Shown: piece after piece, positions 34,911 to 47,992 of the stretch
How positions within the stretch are numbered: the first letter of the stretch is position 1
Layout of the letters: the number at the start of each line of letters is the position of its first letter
From: Octopus sinensis
Lineage: Eukaryota
DNA: 64,000 bases
Direction: 5' to 3'
NCBI RefSeq assembly: GCF_006345805.1
Contig: NC_043009.1
Coordinates: forward strand, 28,024,001 to 28,088,000
The notes under the pieces: generated by a model
What the model was told of the DNA's origin: nothing
The model's input: the letters and a program-made list of their open reading frames with translations, nothing else
Database searches by the model: none
Translations under genes and position numbers: made by a program

Positions 34911-36746
34911 TAATGATTCTGCCAGCTCTCTGCCGTAAATATACAAAACTATTACTGATTATAAAGAACCTCATGCAGTTATCCAAACATAAAAACATTT
35001 TGGCGTCAGACTGACCAAAATAATTTTTAATTGCTTCACAATATGAATTCTATGCATTTTTACTTGAAAATGGTGTCTGCTGTTATTCTAAGTTTTTCAT
35101 TAAAACATTTCTTGTTTTAATTAGCTCATTAGTACCTGCCCAAATGCTGAAACCATGCTGCAGTGTATGAGACATTCTGGCACAGCTGTTTTGGCACTAC
35201 CTGCTTGGCATTGCTGATTGGACCCTGACGGCAGATGTTTAATTTCTTCCTCCCTCCCTCTCTCTTTATGTTTCTGTTGTGACATGCATATTCACGGCTG
35301 GTGTAAAATGGTATTACACAAATAAATGGTTGTGGTTATCTAAAAATCACAGGAGCATACGTAAACAAAGAACCCACTCAGTACTACTCATACGTAGGTG
35401 TGATACTCAGCATTCCATTGTTCCACTGCCGACTGTTTTAACCAACACATGTCGAACCAACATGGTTGACCAACACAGTCAAATTAACACCCGTCAGCTA
35501 CTCCCCCTGACAGTTCACTCATTTGTTGAAATAGGTTAGTCAACCTTCAGTCATGTGGGGCTGTTTAGGATTCTCCCATAACAATTTCAGAGGAAAGGGT
35601 AAATTTCTGTCAAATGTGTTCAGAAATAAATTGCAATATCTCTCTCTCTCACACATTCTCTATCTATCTGTCTGTGTGTGTGTCTGTGTGTCTCTTTCTG
35701 TTTATGCATGTGGGCATATCTCTCATTACATTTGTATATGGAATCCCTCCTTCTCTTCCTCTGTCTGTCTATCTGTCTGTCTCTGCTTATGTGTGCGAGC
35801 ATCTAGTTCTGTTTGTATGTATGAGTATCTCTCTCTCTCTCTCTCTCTCACGCTCTCATTCTCTATCTCTCTTTCATCCTGAAAAGAGAGATAGTGTTTA
35901 TGTCAATAATGTTCAAATAAATAGCATTCTCTCTCTCTCTCTCTCCCTCTCCCTCTCTGTTTAAGTATGTGAGTAGTTATCCTTCTATGCATAATGTCTG
36001 AATCTCTCTCTTCTTCCCTCTTCCTCTCCCTCGTTCAATCTGTATGTGAATATTTCTGTATGTACAAGAGAATGTTGTGTGTGTATGTGCATCTGTTTGC
36101 TTCTAGTGCCAAAAAGTACAACAATCAAAATAGACTTCTGTGACTGAAACAAATAAAAGATAAACAATAACAAGTAAGAAATTTGGAATTTAGCACAAAA
36201 TCTAAAACACAGACTAGGAGTGTTGTTCACATTGGCTGAAGTCATACAGCCATACAGCAGGAGGGTTTCAATGACTACCCAATTGATGGAAAATTTATAG
36301 ACAGACAGCAGGCACATGCCATCAGTTATTACTCAGGGTAGGCAGTTGGTGACCTTTATGTAGTAAAACACTCAAAAAATAAGCGAAACAGCTGTGTGAC
36401 TGAGGTGAAGGCAGATTTATTCTGCCTTTAAAGCCTATAAAGAAAACGTTGTTGTAGGAGTGTCTGCAGCATGTTTACTACAGCAATACTATGTGTAGCT
36501 TAAATATTGGAATTGAAAAGCAAGGGAAAATTATGCCTACCTAATCTACAAAAAAAAAAAATAATATATCTTGCATTTTATGCATCATAATCAGACTAAC
36601 CTTCATAATTTTGTTGAATTAGATGTATATTTTGCCAAAAAGGAAACTGTTGTGATTGATCTATTTTATTCAAGGTAAGCACAGCCTACCTTGCCTATCT
36701 AAGTAGTATATCTCTGATAGATAGATAAATAGATAGATAGATAGAC

Positions 36747-36889
36747 TATTTACATTTGACAGCTATTTGTCCTCATCTTCTTTGTTGTTAACACAACTTT
36801 TTGGCTGATATACCCTCCAGCCTTCATCAGGTGTCTTGGGGGAAATTTTGAACCTGGGTTCTCAATACTGAGGTATTTTTCGATGTTAG

Positions 36890-36920
<31 letters not shown>

Positions 36921-36999
36921 ATCACTGCCTGGAATCGAACTCGGAATCTTGGGGTTAGTAGCCCGTGCTCTTAATCACTGCACCATATGCCCATGGGCA
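36747..36999 (-). mobile_element. Solo Penelope-like terminal repeat (tRNA-like head, (TAA)n, hammerhead-like motif)
   Basis: Uninterrupted version of the repeat at 20205-20380 plus 21790-21866; inserted between (GATA)n tracts. Confidence 0.8.
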
Positions 37000-37071
37000 G
37001 ATAGATAGCTAGGTAGATAGGTAGGTTGGTAGGTAAGTAGATAATTAGATAGGTAGGTAGGGAGATAGAGT

Positions 37072-37147
<76 letters not shown>

Positions 37148-37179
37148 TATGTTGGGTTTCTTTCAATTTTTGTTGATTG

Positions 37180-37280
37180 AATCAACTCAGAAGGCTTCAT
37201 TTGGCCTGAGGTTATAGTAGAAGACACTTGCCCAAAGCACCATGCAGTGGGACTGAACCTGGAATCATGTGGTTGGGAAA
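37180..37280 (-). mobile_element. SINE family B, partial head
   Basis: atagtagaagacacttgccc..gggactgaacctggaatcatgtggttggg. Confidence 0.7.
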
Positions 37281-37996
37281 AACTCTATGTGATTACTCAG
37301 AAATGCTAGAAATAACAGCACAAAGCTTCTTCTCAAAGCACACTCTCCTATGCTAACCTCCACCCCCACGCCCCTGCAAAACGAAACCCAAACTCATTAA
37401 GTAATTTGGTTTTGGATTCCTTTTACACAGAAAAAAAAAATAAAAGACTGGATGGGCATAAATTGGAATGCCTTTGATCATAGAACTGCTCCATCAGTGC
37501 AGACCTGTAAGCTAAGCAACAACAACAACAACAACAACAATAATTGAAATTATCTCTGTTGTCAAAATACTTTTACTCCCTAACTCGTTCATTTAGTTGA
37601 TTATGCACTTTTTTCCCTTCGTTCAATTGAAAGTAATTAAATTAAATGAAATGAAATTCCTCGTATTCAAACAGAGAAATCCAGTTTTTATTACCACACA
37701 AAAAAAAACAAACAAAAAAAAATTGTATCATAATATTAAGTTTTTTAATGAAAGTATATAATTAACTAACTTCACTGGTTATCATAGCTAATGTGGTGCC
37801 TTTATAGTTTATAATTTCAATATTATTTTTATGGTTGATACAAATAAGAAGCCATCTTTCACCTAAAACTTTTAATGATGACATTACAAGTTTAAGAGCT
37901 GAAAGATTTTGGATGGTGGAACAGTCGCTTAATGAGAATGGTAAATGCATTGGTTCTTAGTTTCATATTTGGGGAAATTCTTGAAGTTGGAAGATC

Positions 37997-38082
37997 AATA
38001 GCAGTAGTAGTAGCAGCAGTAGTAGTAGCAGTAGTAGTAGAGTAGTAGTAGTAGTAGTAGTAGTAACAACAGCAGCAGTAAT

Positions 38083-38149
<67 letters not shown>

Positions 38150-38640
38150 ACAACAGCAGCAGTAATAGCAGCAGTAGCAGTAGAAGCAGTAGTAGTAGAA
38201 TCCGTAGTATTAGTAGCAGTTGCAGCAGCAGTAGTAGTAGTAGTAGTAGTAGTAGTAACAGCAGCATTTGTAGTAGTAGTAGAAATAACAGCAGTAGTAG
38301 CATTAGTATTATTGACAGTAGTAATAGTAGTTAATAGTAATAGTTAGTAGTAGTAGTAGTAGTAGAAGTAGTAGTAGTACTAGCAATAATAGTGGTAATA
38401 GTAATAGTAATAGTAGTAACTGTAGTAGCAGCAGTAGTTGTGGTAATGGCGGAAGTGGTGGTGGTAGTATTGGTGTTGGTAGTGGTGATGGTGAGGATAG
38501 AGGGACAAGTAAGTAATAGTATGGTAGTAGAGTGGTGGTGATGATGGTAGTAGCTGTAATAATTGTAGTGTTGGTGGTGGTGATGTTGCTGGTGGCGATG
38601 GTGATGTCGGTGGTGGTCATGGTTGTGTAGTCATTGGTAA
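37997..38640. repeat. (AGT)n/(AGC)n/(GGT)n composite microsatellite
   Basis: Direct reading. Confidence 0.95.
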
Positions 38641-38689
38641 TGATTATTTTGCCATGTTTTATGATGTGACAGATACCAACCAAGAGAGA

Positions 38690-39965
38690 AAGAAAAATAA
38701 GAAAGAATGAAAGAAAGAATGAAAGAAAGAAAGAAAGAATGAAAGAAAGAAAGAATGAAAGAAAGAAAGAAAGAATGAAAGAAAGAAAGAAAGAAAGAAA
38801 GAAAGAATGAAAGGGCAAAGAAGAAAGAAAAGTTAGAAAGAAAAATGAAAGGAAAGGAAGAATGAAAGAGAGAGCAAGGAAGAAGGGAAGAAAGAAAAAG
38901 AAAGAAAAAAGTGCAAGTGATAATGAATAAAAAAAAAAGCAGAGAAAAAAAAAGAAGGAAAGGCATGAGAGAAAAAAGTGAATGAGAAAACATGAGCGAA
39001 AGAATGAAAAAAATAATAAAAGTGCAAGAAAGATAGGAAGAAGGAATGATAGAGCAAGAAAGGAAGAAGGAACAAAAGAATGCAAATGAAAGAGCAAAGA
39101 AGAAAGAAAATGGAAAAAGAAAGTATGAAAGGAAGAAAGAATGAATGAATGAAGCAAAAAGCATGAATGAAAGAACAAGAGAACAAGAAAGACAGATAGA
39201 AATAAAGAATGAAAGAGCATGAAGAAAGAAAAAAGAAAGGAAGAAGGAACAAAAGGAAGAAAGAGAGAGAAAGAGCAAGGAAGAAAGAAATAGGAAAAAG
39301 AAAGAATGAAAGAAAGAATGAAAGAATGAAGCAAAAAGCATGAATGAAAGATCAAGAGAGCAAGAAAGACAGATAGAAATAAAGATGGAAAGAAAGAATG
39401 AAAGAGCAATGAAGAAAGAAAAAAAGGAAGAAGGAACAAAAGGAAGAAAGAGAGAGAAAGAAGGAGGAAGAAAGAAATAGGAAAAAGAAAGGAAGAAGGA
39501 ATGAATGAAACAAAAACCAAGAATGAAAGAACAAGAGAACAAGAATGAAAGAATGAAAGAAAGAAAGAAAGAAAGATGGAAAGAAAGAAAAAAGAAAGGA
39601 AGAAGGAACAAAAGGAAGAAAGAGAGAGAAAGAGCAAGGAAGAAAGAAATAGGAAAAAGAAAGAATGAAAGAATGAAGCAAAAAGCATGAATGAAAGATC
39701 AAGAGAGCAAGAAAGACAGATAGAAATAAAGATGGAAAGAAAGAATGAAAGAGCAATGAAGAAAGAAAAAAAGGAAGAAGGAACAAAAGGAAGAAAGAGA
39801 GAGAAAGAAGGAGGAAGAAAGAAATAGGAAAAAGAAAGGAAGAAGGAATGAATGAAACAAAAACCAAGAATGAAAGAACAAGAGAACAAGAATGAAAGAA
39901 TGAAAGAAAGAAAGAAAGAAAGATGGAAAGAAAGAAAAAAGAAAGGAAGAAAGAACGAGAGAATA
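38690..39965. repeat. Polypurine (GAAA)-based satellite with about 175-bp subunits and a 347-bp higher-order repeat
   Basis: Marker gcaaaaagcatgaatgaaag at 39154, 39331 and 39678. Confidence 0.9.
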
Positions 39966-40315
39966 AGAATGAAAGATTTCAAACAGCAGATGGTTAGAAG
40001 GTGTGTGGGCGTGGGGTAAGCAGTTGAAACCTCAATATATGTCATTTTCAGACTGTCTGAAGACACAAATGTTTCCAAATATGTTTGACAGACTCTTATG
40101 ATGGAAGTAAATATACTGCCAGACATATTCCTCTGTTGCTAATTCGCAACTACATGTAAGGTGAAGACAAGTGTAAAAGACCATTCCATGAAGAAGAATT
40201 TCACAAGTCACTTACAATCATTAACAGATCAAATTTAAGTGACAATCATTATGCGTTTAACAACAGTGAAGATGAGTCTGCTGTGTATATATGCATATAT
40301 ATATATGTGTGTATG

Positions 40316-40346
<31 letters not shown>

Positions 40347-40615
40347 ATTTGTGTATATGTATGTGTGTATGTATGAACATATGCAGATATAAAACATATA
40401 TATATATGCAAGCACATATAAACACATATACACATGAACATGTTTGCACACATACACACACATGTGAACACACATGTATTCAGACATATATACACACATA
40501 CACAAATATATGCTTTCCTGTATGAATGAAAGTCTCTCTCTCTATATATATATATTTATATTTATGTGTTTATGCATACCCATACATATGTATATTTATA
40601 TGTATGTGTGTTTGT

Positions 40616-40651
<36 letters not shown>

Positions 40652-40804
40652 ACATAGATAACTATAAACATACCTGTGTGCATGTATGTCCAAGCCTCAA
40701 GATGGAGATGACAAATAACTGGAGATGATTGTCATTTTGCTTTGCTCAACAATGTCTGTCACAATAAAAGTGAGGATCTGAAGCAATCAGGTTATGTTTG
40801 TATA

Positions 40805-41680
40805 TTCACCTGGCCCTGCCCCTGCACCCAATTTGTTACCATTAAGCCTTCCCCATCACTCATCTTCCTAAAACCCTTCCCGCCATCACTCTCCTAACAA
40901 TGGCTCTACTTAACCGCTGTAATGATATGAGCAGAATCTATACATATTTCTTCACCTTTCTGCTACCAGTTAACCCCACCTCTCTCTGAAACCACTTCTT
41001 TTAACATCATTTCCTCATTTTCAATGTCATCACATCCCACTTTATTTTCTACTCCTCACCCCTTTCTGCAGCTCTGGGCATCCCTTTTTCTCCTCTGAGT
41101 TACACCTTACGACTGCCACATCTTCAAAACCTTCTCTTCTACCTGCCGTTGATGCCCTGCAACTTCTGTCTCCAACTCTTTCTACCTATGTACCTCTGAC
41201 AACCATCTCTTTCACTGTACATCTCTCTTTCACCCCTGTCTCCCACCTCACACATCACATTCTTATCTGCTGCTTTATCATACCACTACTCTTTACCCTT
41301 CCTAAGCTATTTCTTTTACCTTCTCCATACATATATTTACCATAAAGTACCCATGTACATCATTATCTTCATCAACATCTTCCCTCACCCCTAATCACTG
41401 GTCAATCTCCTCACACAATCCTTCCCTGTCGTCTGTCCATATTCTCTTTTGTTTTCACATGTTTTCTACCTTAAACATGCTCTGACACCTCATCAGTGAC
41501 ATCTTTATCTTTTTACCAGTTATTCCAACTCACACCCATATAATGTGAGGTAGCCATGTCTCTCTTCTGTAGCAAAACATCTTTGCCTCTCCCTCTCCCA
41601 TACTTCAAACTCTCAACACCTGCCAAAAAGCCACCTCTCTCTTCACTACAATCTACCCCGACCATCACCACTTGAGGAGA
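40805..41680. repeat. C/T-rich island, probably a decayed retroelement remnant
   Basis: Strong strand asymmetry, ends in (CTT)n; no ORF recognised. Confidence 0.3.
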
Positions 41681-41779
41681 CTTGTTTTCTTCTTCTTCTT
41701 CTTCTTCTCTTCTTCTTCTTCTTCTTCTTCTTCTTCTTCTTCTCCTCCTCCTCCTCCTCCTTATTTTTTTTCTTCTTCT

Positions 41780-41945
41780 TCAGTGTCAAGAAAGTAGCAC
41801 TCAATACACTCCATAAAACAGTTGGCATTTGGAAAGGAACCCAACTGTAGGAATTTTCTGGCCATTCGGATCCTGTCAAACCCACCGACCCATGCAGCAG
41901 GGAAGAGGGACATTAAATGCTGCTGTTGCTGATACTGTTGATGAC
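41780..41945 (+). mobile_element. RTE LINE 3' end, degenerate
   Basis: cagttggcatttggaaaggaacccaactgtag..gacccatgcagc..ggacattaaat. Confidence 0.6.
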
Positions 41946-42501
41946 GATGACAACGACGACAATAATGATGACAGTGGTGGTGGTGGTAGTGGTGGTGTAT
42001 ACATATTGAGATAGAGTGGCCTTGAGATAAAAGTCTTGGATTGCCAATTGCTAAGTCATCAGTTCACTTGTTGCCACAGACTCCTTAAAGAAGGTATATG
42101 ACTCTATATGGCAAAGTCTACCTACTTAGAAAGTAACATTAAAGTACAGTAGTTTTTTAAGGAACTGGCTATTGTCTGTGTTTCTTAAAAACCATTCTGC
42201 TAACGATACAGGATATCATTGAAAACAAAAAAAAAAAGTAATGATATGGTTTAAAATGCATAAAATAAATTATATTACATACATACATACAAATACATAT
42301 ATATATATATATATACATACATATATTTATATGCATATATATATATGTATATACATGTATATAAACAAGCGTAAATATATATATGTATATGCATATGTAT
42401 ATATATATACATATGTATATGTATATATGTATGTGTGCTTGTTTGTGTGTATGTGTGTATATACACATACTCACTCACACATATATACATAAGCATTTAC
42501 T

Positions 42502-42564
<63 letters not shown>

Positions 42565-42824
42565 GTTTGTGAATGTTTTTGCTGTCTGTTCAAAACATCT
42601 CTTGTTTATTTTGTAGATATGTTTGATGAAAATGAAATAAAAGTTATTTTATTTATTCATATGTTTATTTAGTTTTATTTAAATAGGTAATAGGAAACAT
42701 TTCTTCAATGCACATGATCTTCTTGAACAAAATTCTTAAAACGAAACAAAATAATAAGAAACAACAAATGGCATAGCTATAAAAATACCATCACCACCAC
42801 CACCACCACTATCACCAATCTTAC

Positions 42825-42971
42825 CTTGAAGATGGAAAAAAACTGAGCATAATTCCACACATTAACTTCTGCTTCATAAAGCAGGGAATACTTCTGCATC
42901 AACAAATACCATGTTCTTTGAATGGAATCACTGAACCTCTTAAAGTGAATAGAGCAGAATCTAGCACTTCT
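42825..42971 (-). CDS. Candidate exon RSARFCSIHFKRFSDSIQRTWYLLMQKYSLLYEAEVNVWNYAQFFSIFK
   Basis: 147 nt, phase 0-0, open for 49 codons, strong donor AAG/gtaaga, acceptor ttttcaccttttgttggaagtag. No homology recognised. Confidence 0.3.
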
Positions 42972-43644
42972 CTACTTCCAACAAAAGGTGAAAAAAAACA
43001 TATATGTATATATACACATATAAAGAATGATAGAAATAAAAATGAAAATAAATAAACAGTCTCAGTGTCATTAAACAAGAGATCAACAATATTCATTAAT
43101 GTTCCTGCCTGCTGACAAGGGAATATTTTCAAAATCACTGAAGCGTAGAAAAGTAAAAGGAATAAAGATAAAATGGAAATAAAATAAATAAGTAATAAAT
43201 GCGGAAAAGTTGTTTTTAAAAAAGATTACTTTTGATGAAATAAAGACACCAAGAAAATAAGGTTTTTCAGCCCCTATCATTGTTCTGTTAATGAGCATCT
43301 ATTTACCAATCGAAAGAGCTGGCACAGAAAGGAGATATACTAGCAACAACGAAAGCAAAGTCTATTTACTTCAGTTTTATTGATACAATAATCAACAGCC
43401 ACACACACACATAGACATAGAAGAAAAAAAAAATGTTAAATCCCTCTGTTGGTTACTGCTTTTTTGTTTGTATGTTTTTCCGATACTGAAAAATAAATCT
43501 AAATAAAACTAATTTTCTCGGCAGTGATACAAATATAAAAAAAACGAAGGAGGGATCGATATATTTTATTGCTTCCAATGGACAAAACTACTGAGCCGTA
43601 ATCTCGTTGATTAATCCAACACTTATTAATATAACGTAACTCAC

Positions 43645-43716
43645 CTCCATCAATATGTCATCTTCTATAGACATATTGTAACAAAATCTTGGAAGAAACA
43701 TCTTCCCTCCCACCAT
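43645..43716 (-). CDS. Candidate first coding exon MVGGKMFLPRFCYNMSIEDDILME
   Basis: ATG at 43716-43714, 24 codons, strong donor GAG/gtgagt, phase 0; possible acceptor ctttgtgcag at 43913 would add a 5' UTR. No homology recognised. Confidence 0.25.
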
Positions 43717-43951
43717 TGTTATTGATGTAACATCATATGAAAAATATCATGTATTGATAATGGTATCACCAATACATGTATATGAAGAATATTGAATGGA
43801 ATATCGTTATCATATTATATATGGAAGGTGCTTTATTTAAATCTGGTCTTAAAGTGAGCTTTGTGATTTTCATTTGACATGTCCAATACAGGCACTTTTG
43901 TTCTCACTCTATCTGCACAAAGCAGTAGGATGTGTACATGTGTGTATATAA

Positions 43952-44002
<51 letters not shown>

Positions 44003-44544
44003 TGTGTGAGTGATATAAGATAAAGATTTAGAGAACTGTGTATGCAGCTATTACAGTAAACTCTGAAACAGCTGTAATCTTATGGACATCATGAGGTCAA
44101 ATAATGTATATTCACCTCTCAAATTGCCTGACTATATGTTTATACATCTATACATACAAGCACACACATCCAAACACACGCCCGTACACACACACACACA
44201 CTCACTCACTCACACACATAAAACCTCATCAACATTTAATATTCGTATTTCATTCTGGCATGGATTTAACTATTTGATAGAATTTAATGTGTCTAAATAC
44301 TGTGTCATGTTCCTGTCTCTACTTAAGTATGGTTTCATTCACTGGTTGCCCTTATAAATGTGCACTGGGTGCTTTTTCAGTTTGTGCTATCAACATTTGC
44401 CAGCCCCAGTGAGGTCGCTGTGCAGTTTCAAGACTACAAATATCTGGTGATAAAAAAACCTACCTCAATAATTTTTGCCTGGCCTATGTGAACATGGAAA
44501 ATTAGACGTTAAAATGATAACATATCATGATAGTAATAATAATG

Positions 44545-44815
44545 AGCTTGTTGTATTCTGTATTCATCTCATGGGAAAAACAGCAACAAGTCAGGTAAAA
44601 AAAGACAGCAATGACAGCCAAAATACAGAGAAGTTAACAGTAAACAGTAAATAGGAAGAAAGTGTGCAGAAGTATGTCAGGAGTAGTGTTGGTGAATTTC
44701 AGGAAGTGTGGAATTTTTGAAGGATGCAATGTCCTGACAGCTAACTTCTGATGCAGGTAGTTTATTCCATGCCTTGACAATTCAGTGTAGGAAAATATTT
44801 TTAAAAATCATGGAT
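44545..44815 (-). mobile_element. CR1/L2-type LINE 3' end
   Basis: IVKAWNKLPASEVSCQDIASFK..* matches the conserved CR1-clade ORF2 C-terminal WNxLP..FK motif. Confidence 0.75.
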
Positions 44816-44976
44816 ACAGCAATGTTTTTTCTTTATTTTATTTTATAAGCATATTCATGCTTATAATCAAGAGATATTGATTTAAAAAAAGATTGCTAAA
44901 ATGTTGTTGCAAATATGGTGGGTAATCTTGTAGATTTCTTCCACCAAGTCAGCTGTTTGATTTCAAAGTTTTAGTT

Positions 44977-45717
44977 CAGTGGTTTTCAACCATATTTTGA
45001 CTTGTGGTCTCCTTTCATTCCTATTTTATTCTTCTGAACTTCCATAACCATTCAATGTTTAATAAAATCTATTCCATTTTTATAATTAAATACAAGATTT
45101 TATAAATGAACTTTGGAAGTGCTGATGTGTTGGTATTTTATAGAAAAGAAAGTAAATTTTGAATTCATCAAGGTAGCTGAGAAAACTTAACCCTTAACCC
45201 TTTTGTTACCAACCCACCAATCTAGCACTGAGCACAAACGTCTTATTTTCATAAGTTTTGAATTAAAGTTTTCCACCAAACCTTAGTCACAGTTTATGTT
45301 CTTAACACTAGCTGAATGATAACTAAGTTATTTTACTAAATTCTTTTGTTATATTTAAAGTAATTGAAAGAAACACAGAGCATCTCAAAATATATACAGT
45401 AACGAAAGGGTTAACATGGTTTCTTTGGCTGAATTCCCTTCCTAATGTGTATTGGCTATTTTTTTTGTGCCACCAATCTTTTGTCTGTCTTCTAAGGTAA
45501 ATACCCACTCTTTCTTTACTGTTTCCACAGCTATACTGCATTCAAAATTCACTTTCTTGTCTGTAAAATTAAACATTATTAGGAATTGTATATAAAAATA
45601 TTATTAAAACATTTCGTCTAGTGTAAAAGTATAGACAATTTATTGGGCATAAATTTTAACATCAAAAATCTTAAATGAACCCCCAAGGGTCACGCGGATC
45701 CTGGTTGAGAACTAATG
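44977..45717. mobile_element. hAT-type MITE carrying a nested TTAA MITE
   Basis: cagtggttttcaacc / ggttgagaactaatg termini; flanks ttttagtt and ctttagtg (6/8); related to 54198-54464. Confidence 0.65.
45198..45410. mobile_element. TTAA-type (piggyBac-like) MITE, second family
   Basis: TTAA-cccttttgttac ... gtaacgaaaggg-TTAA. Confidence 0.85.
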
Positions 45718-46660
45718 CTTTAGTGTGTTAAAGTCAGCCCAGAGAAAGATGTTCAAGAAATGGTGTCTGATGAAGGGTATTTATCTGGTTGTATGTCAAA
45801 GATTTAGTGTTTCAAAGCCCAAATAAACAAACTGTTCTAGGTATTGTTAAATGACTGACCAAGGATATTTATCTCATTGCCCATTTCCAATAGATCGATA
45901 TTCTGGACCAGATGGGGGTTCCAGAATGGTGATGCAAAGAATAAAAGTGGAATACCATAGCTACATGAATAAATGGTGAGAGAAGAGAAAGTGGGGAATC
46001 AGAAAGCTTGAAAGAAACTATTAAAAGACATATCAGAGATCTTTGCTTCAATACAACTAGTTTTGTCAAACATTTAGTCAATCTTTACTCTCCTGCTTTT
46101 CAATAAAAGCATCATCGAATAAATTTCTTTGTTTCAACACCAATCAGAGATATTTCCTTAAAGCTGCAGCAAGCCAATATCTACATTATGTAGCAGCTCC
46201 TTCTAAATGTACAATTTGTCAAAAATTGGCTTTTCTCCACTAAGAACTTATTGTTTCTGAAAATCAATAAGATGCTGACAACTTATTGACCTCTTGCAAA
46301 GAAATATTTCCCTGCAAACTGGTTTGACGTTTGTGTTTGGACCATGAAATTATGGTAATTAATTTCAAAAATATTCTTACTATTAATGAAGCAACATGCT
46401 ACTAAAACCATCGAGTTTTCTATAAATTCTACATGCTATCTTACTATATTCTTATTCCATGATATTTTACTTTGATCACACATTCTGCATAATGATGATT
46501 AGCACAAAATTGAGGGAGACTTTGTGTGGCCATTTTGTTTGCATGATATAACAGTCAAACCATCCTCAAATCACAGTCTACTGTTTTTAAATAGTGAAGG
46601 GCATACAAGATAATATACTTTGAAAATGAAATAAATATAAGATGACATGGCCCAAAACTA

Positions 46661-47226
46661 TTGAGTTGTCTGGAAAGATCGTGCTGATTTTTAAAGGAAA
46701 GTAAAAAGTCAATAAATACTTGCCATTACATTTTTCATCAACCAAATATGAACCATTTTGTTGCAAAATGCGTCTCCATCTTTCCTTTAACTTGAAAATA
46801 CCTGCTTCCCAGAATTGAGGTGGTTTCATTGCAAAGAATTCATCAAGGTATCTTTTTACATCATCCAAGGAATTGAAATTTTTACCATTAAGACTATTCT
46901 GCAGAGACCAGAATAAGTGGAAATCCGAAGGAGCAATATCTAGTGAATACGGAGTGTGGGGTAACACATCCCAGCCGAGCTGCAGCAATTTTTGTCTGGT
47001 TCCCAAAGCATCAAGTGCCAAAAATGAACTTTCTTATCTTCCATTTTAAAGAGTTACAGAATTGACACAGGTTATAGGAACATAAACCTTCTTCCACGAA
47101 AAGATAGCTTAAACTGTGCTTTAAATGGAGATGTAGTCAAATCCTATTTTATGGACACAACCATGATCTAAAATAAGTCGAAAGGTAAGCTACTATAAAT
47201 CAGCACAAACTTTCCTGACAAACCAA
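46661..47226 (-). mobile_element. Internally deleted mariner transposon with both TIRs and TA flanks
   Basis: TIRs ttgagttgtctggaaagatcgtgctgattt and (reverse complement) ttggtttgtcaggaaagtttgtgctgattt. N-terminus MEDKKVHFWHLMLW (ATG 47044) is fused out of frame to C-terminal TRQKLLQLGWDVLPHTPYSLDIAPSDFHLF..ERWRRILQQNGSY. Confidence 0.9.
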
Positions 47227-47943
47227 TAGAATATTTTTTGGTCATTCCTGTCTACAAATTGGGGAGAAAATAATAATGAGGTCACAAGGTAAGGGTTCCT
47301 TTTGCAATCCCTTCACAGAGCCATTTCTAAGAAAGCGCACAGAAATGTGGTAGTGTGTGTGTATGTGAGAGAGAGAGAGAGAAAGAGAGAGTGAGGTGGA
47401 GAAGAAATCATCCCCAGTATTTGACTGGTACTTTATTTATGAACCCTAAAAAGAATGAAAGGCAAAGTCTATCCGCTAATACTGTCACCGCCCAATTTGT
47501 AAGCCATAGGTCTGCTTAATAAGATCTTGTCTAGAGTTAGACAGCACTAACAAACTTCTTATATGCACTTGTGTGTATATTGATTTAATTTAAACCTGGC
47601 CAGCTTTCATATAAATCACTGAATATGTTGTTTATTGATTTTTTTATGGCAACAAATATATTTTGGCACGGCCCAGAATGTTCAGGGGTTTACTTTACAG
47701 AGAAAACCAAATAAGGTCAAAACACTGAATCTGACGACCCAGTGACCACTGTTTTACAAGCAGCATTGTTCATTTCTAGTCTTCTGCAAAAAAATCATTT
47801 GGTGACATAAAATTGCATCAATGAATTCTGTTCCAACCCATGCAAGCATAGAAAAGAGAACTGTATATATTAAATATATGTGTTTGCGTGTGTGTATATA
47901 TTTATATATATATATATTATATATATAGTGAGAATTTACGAAA

Positions 47944-47988
<45 letters not shown>

Positions 47989-47992
<4 letters not shown>

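Noticed and set aside
38309-40126. 605-aa ORF rich in F/L/S, the longest in the track
   Set aside because: It is the translation of the pyrimidine strand of the (GAAA) satellite and the (AGT)n tract, which rarely form stop codons; no domain signal.
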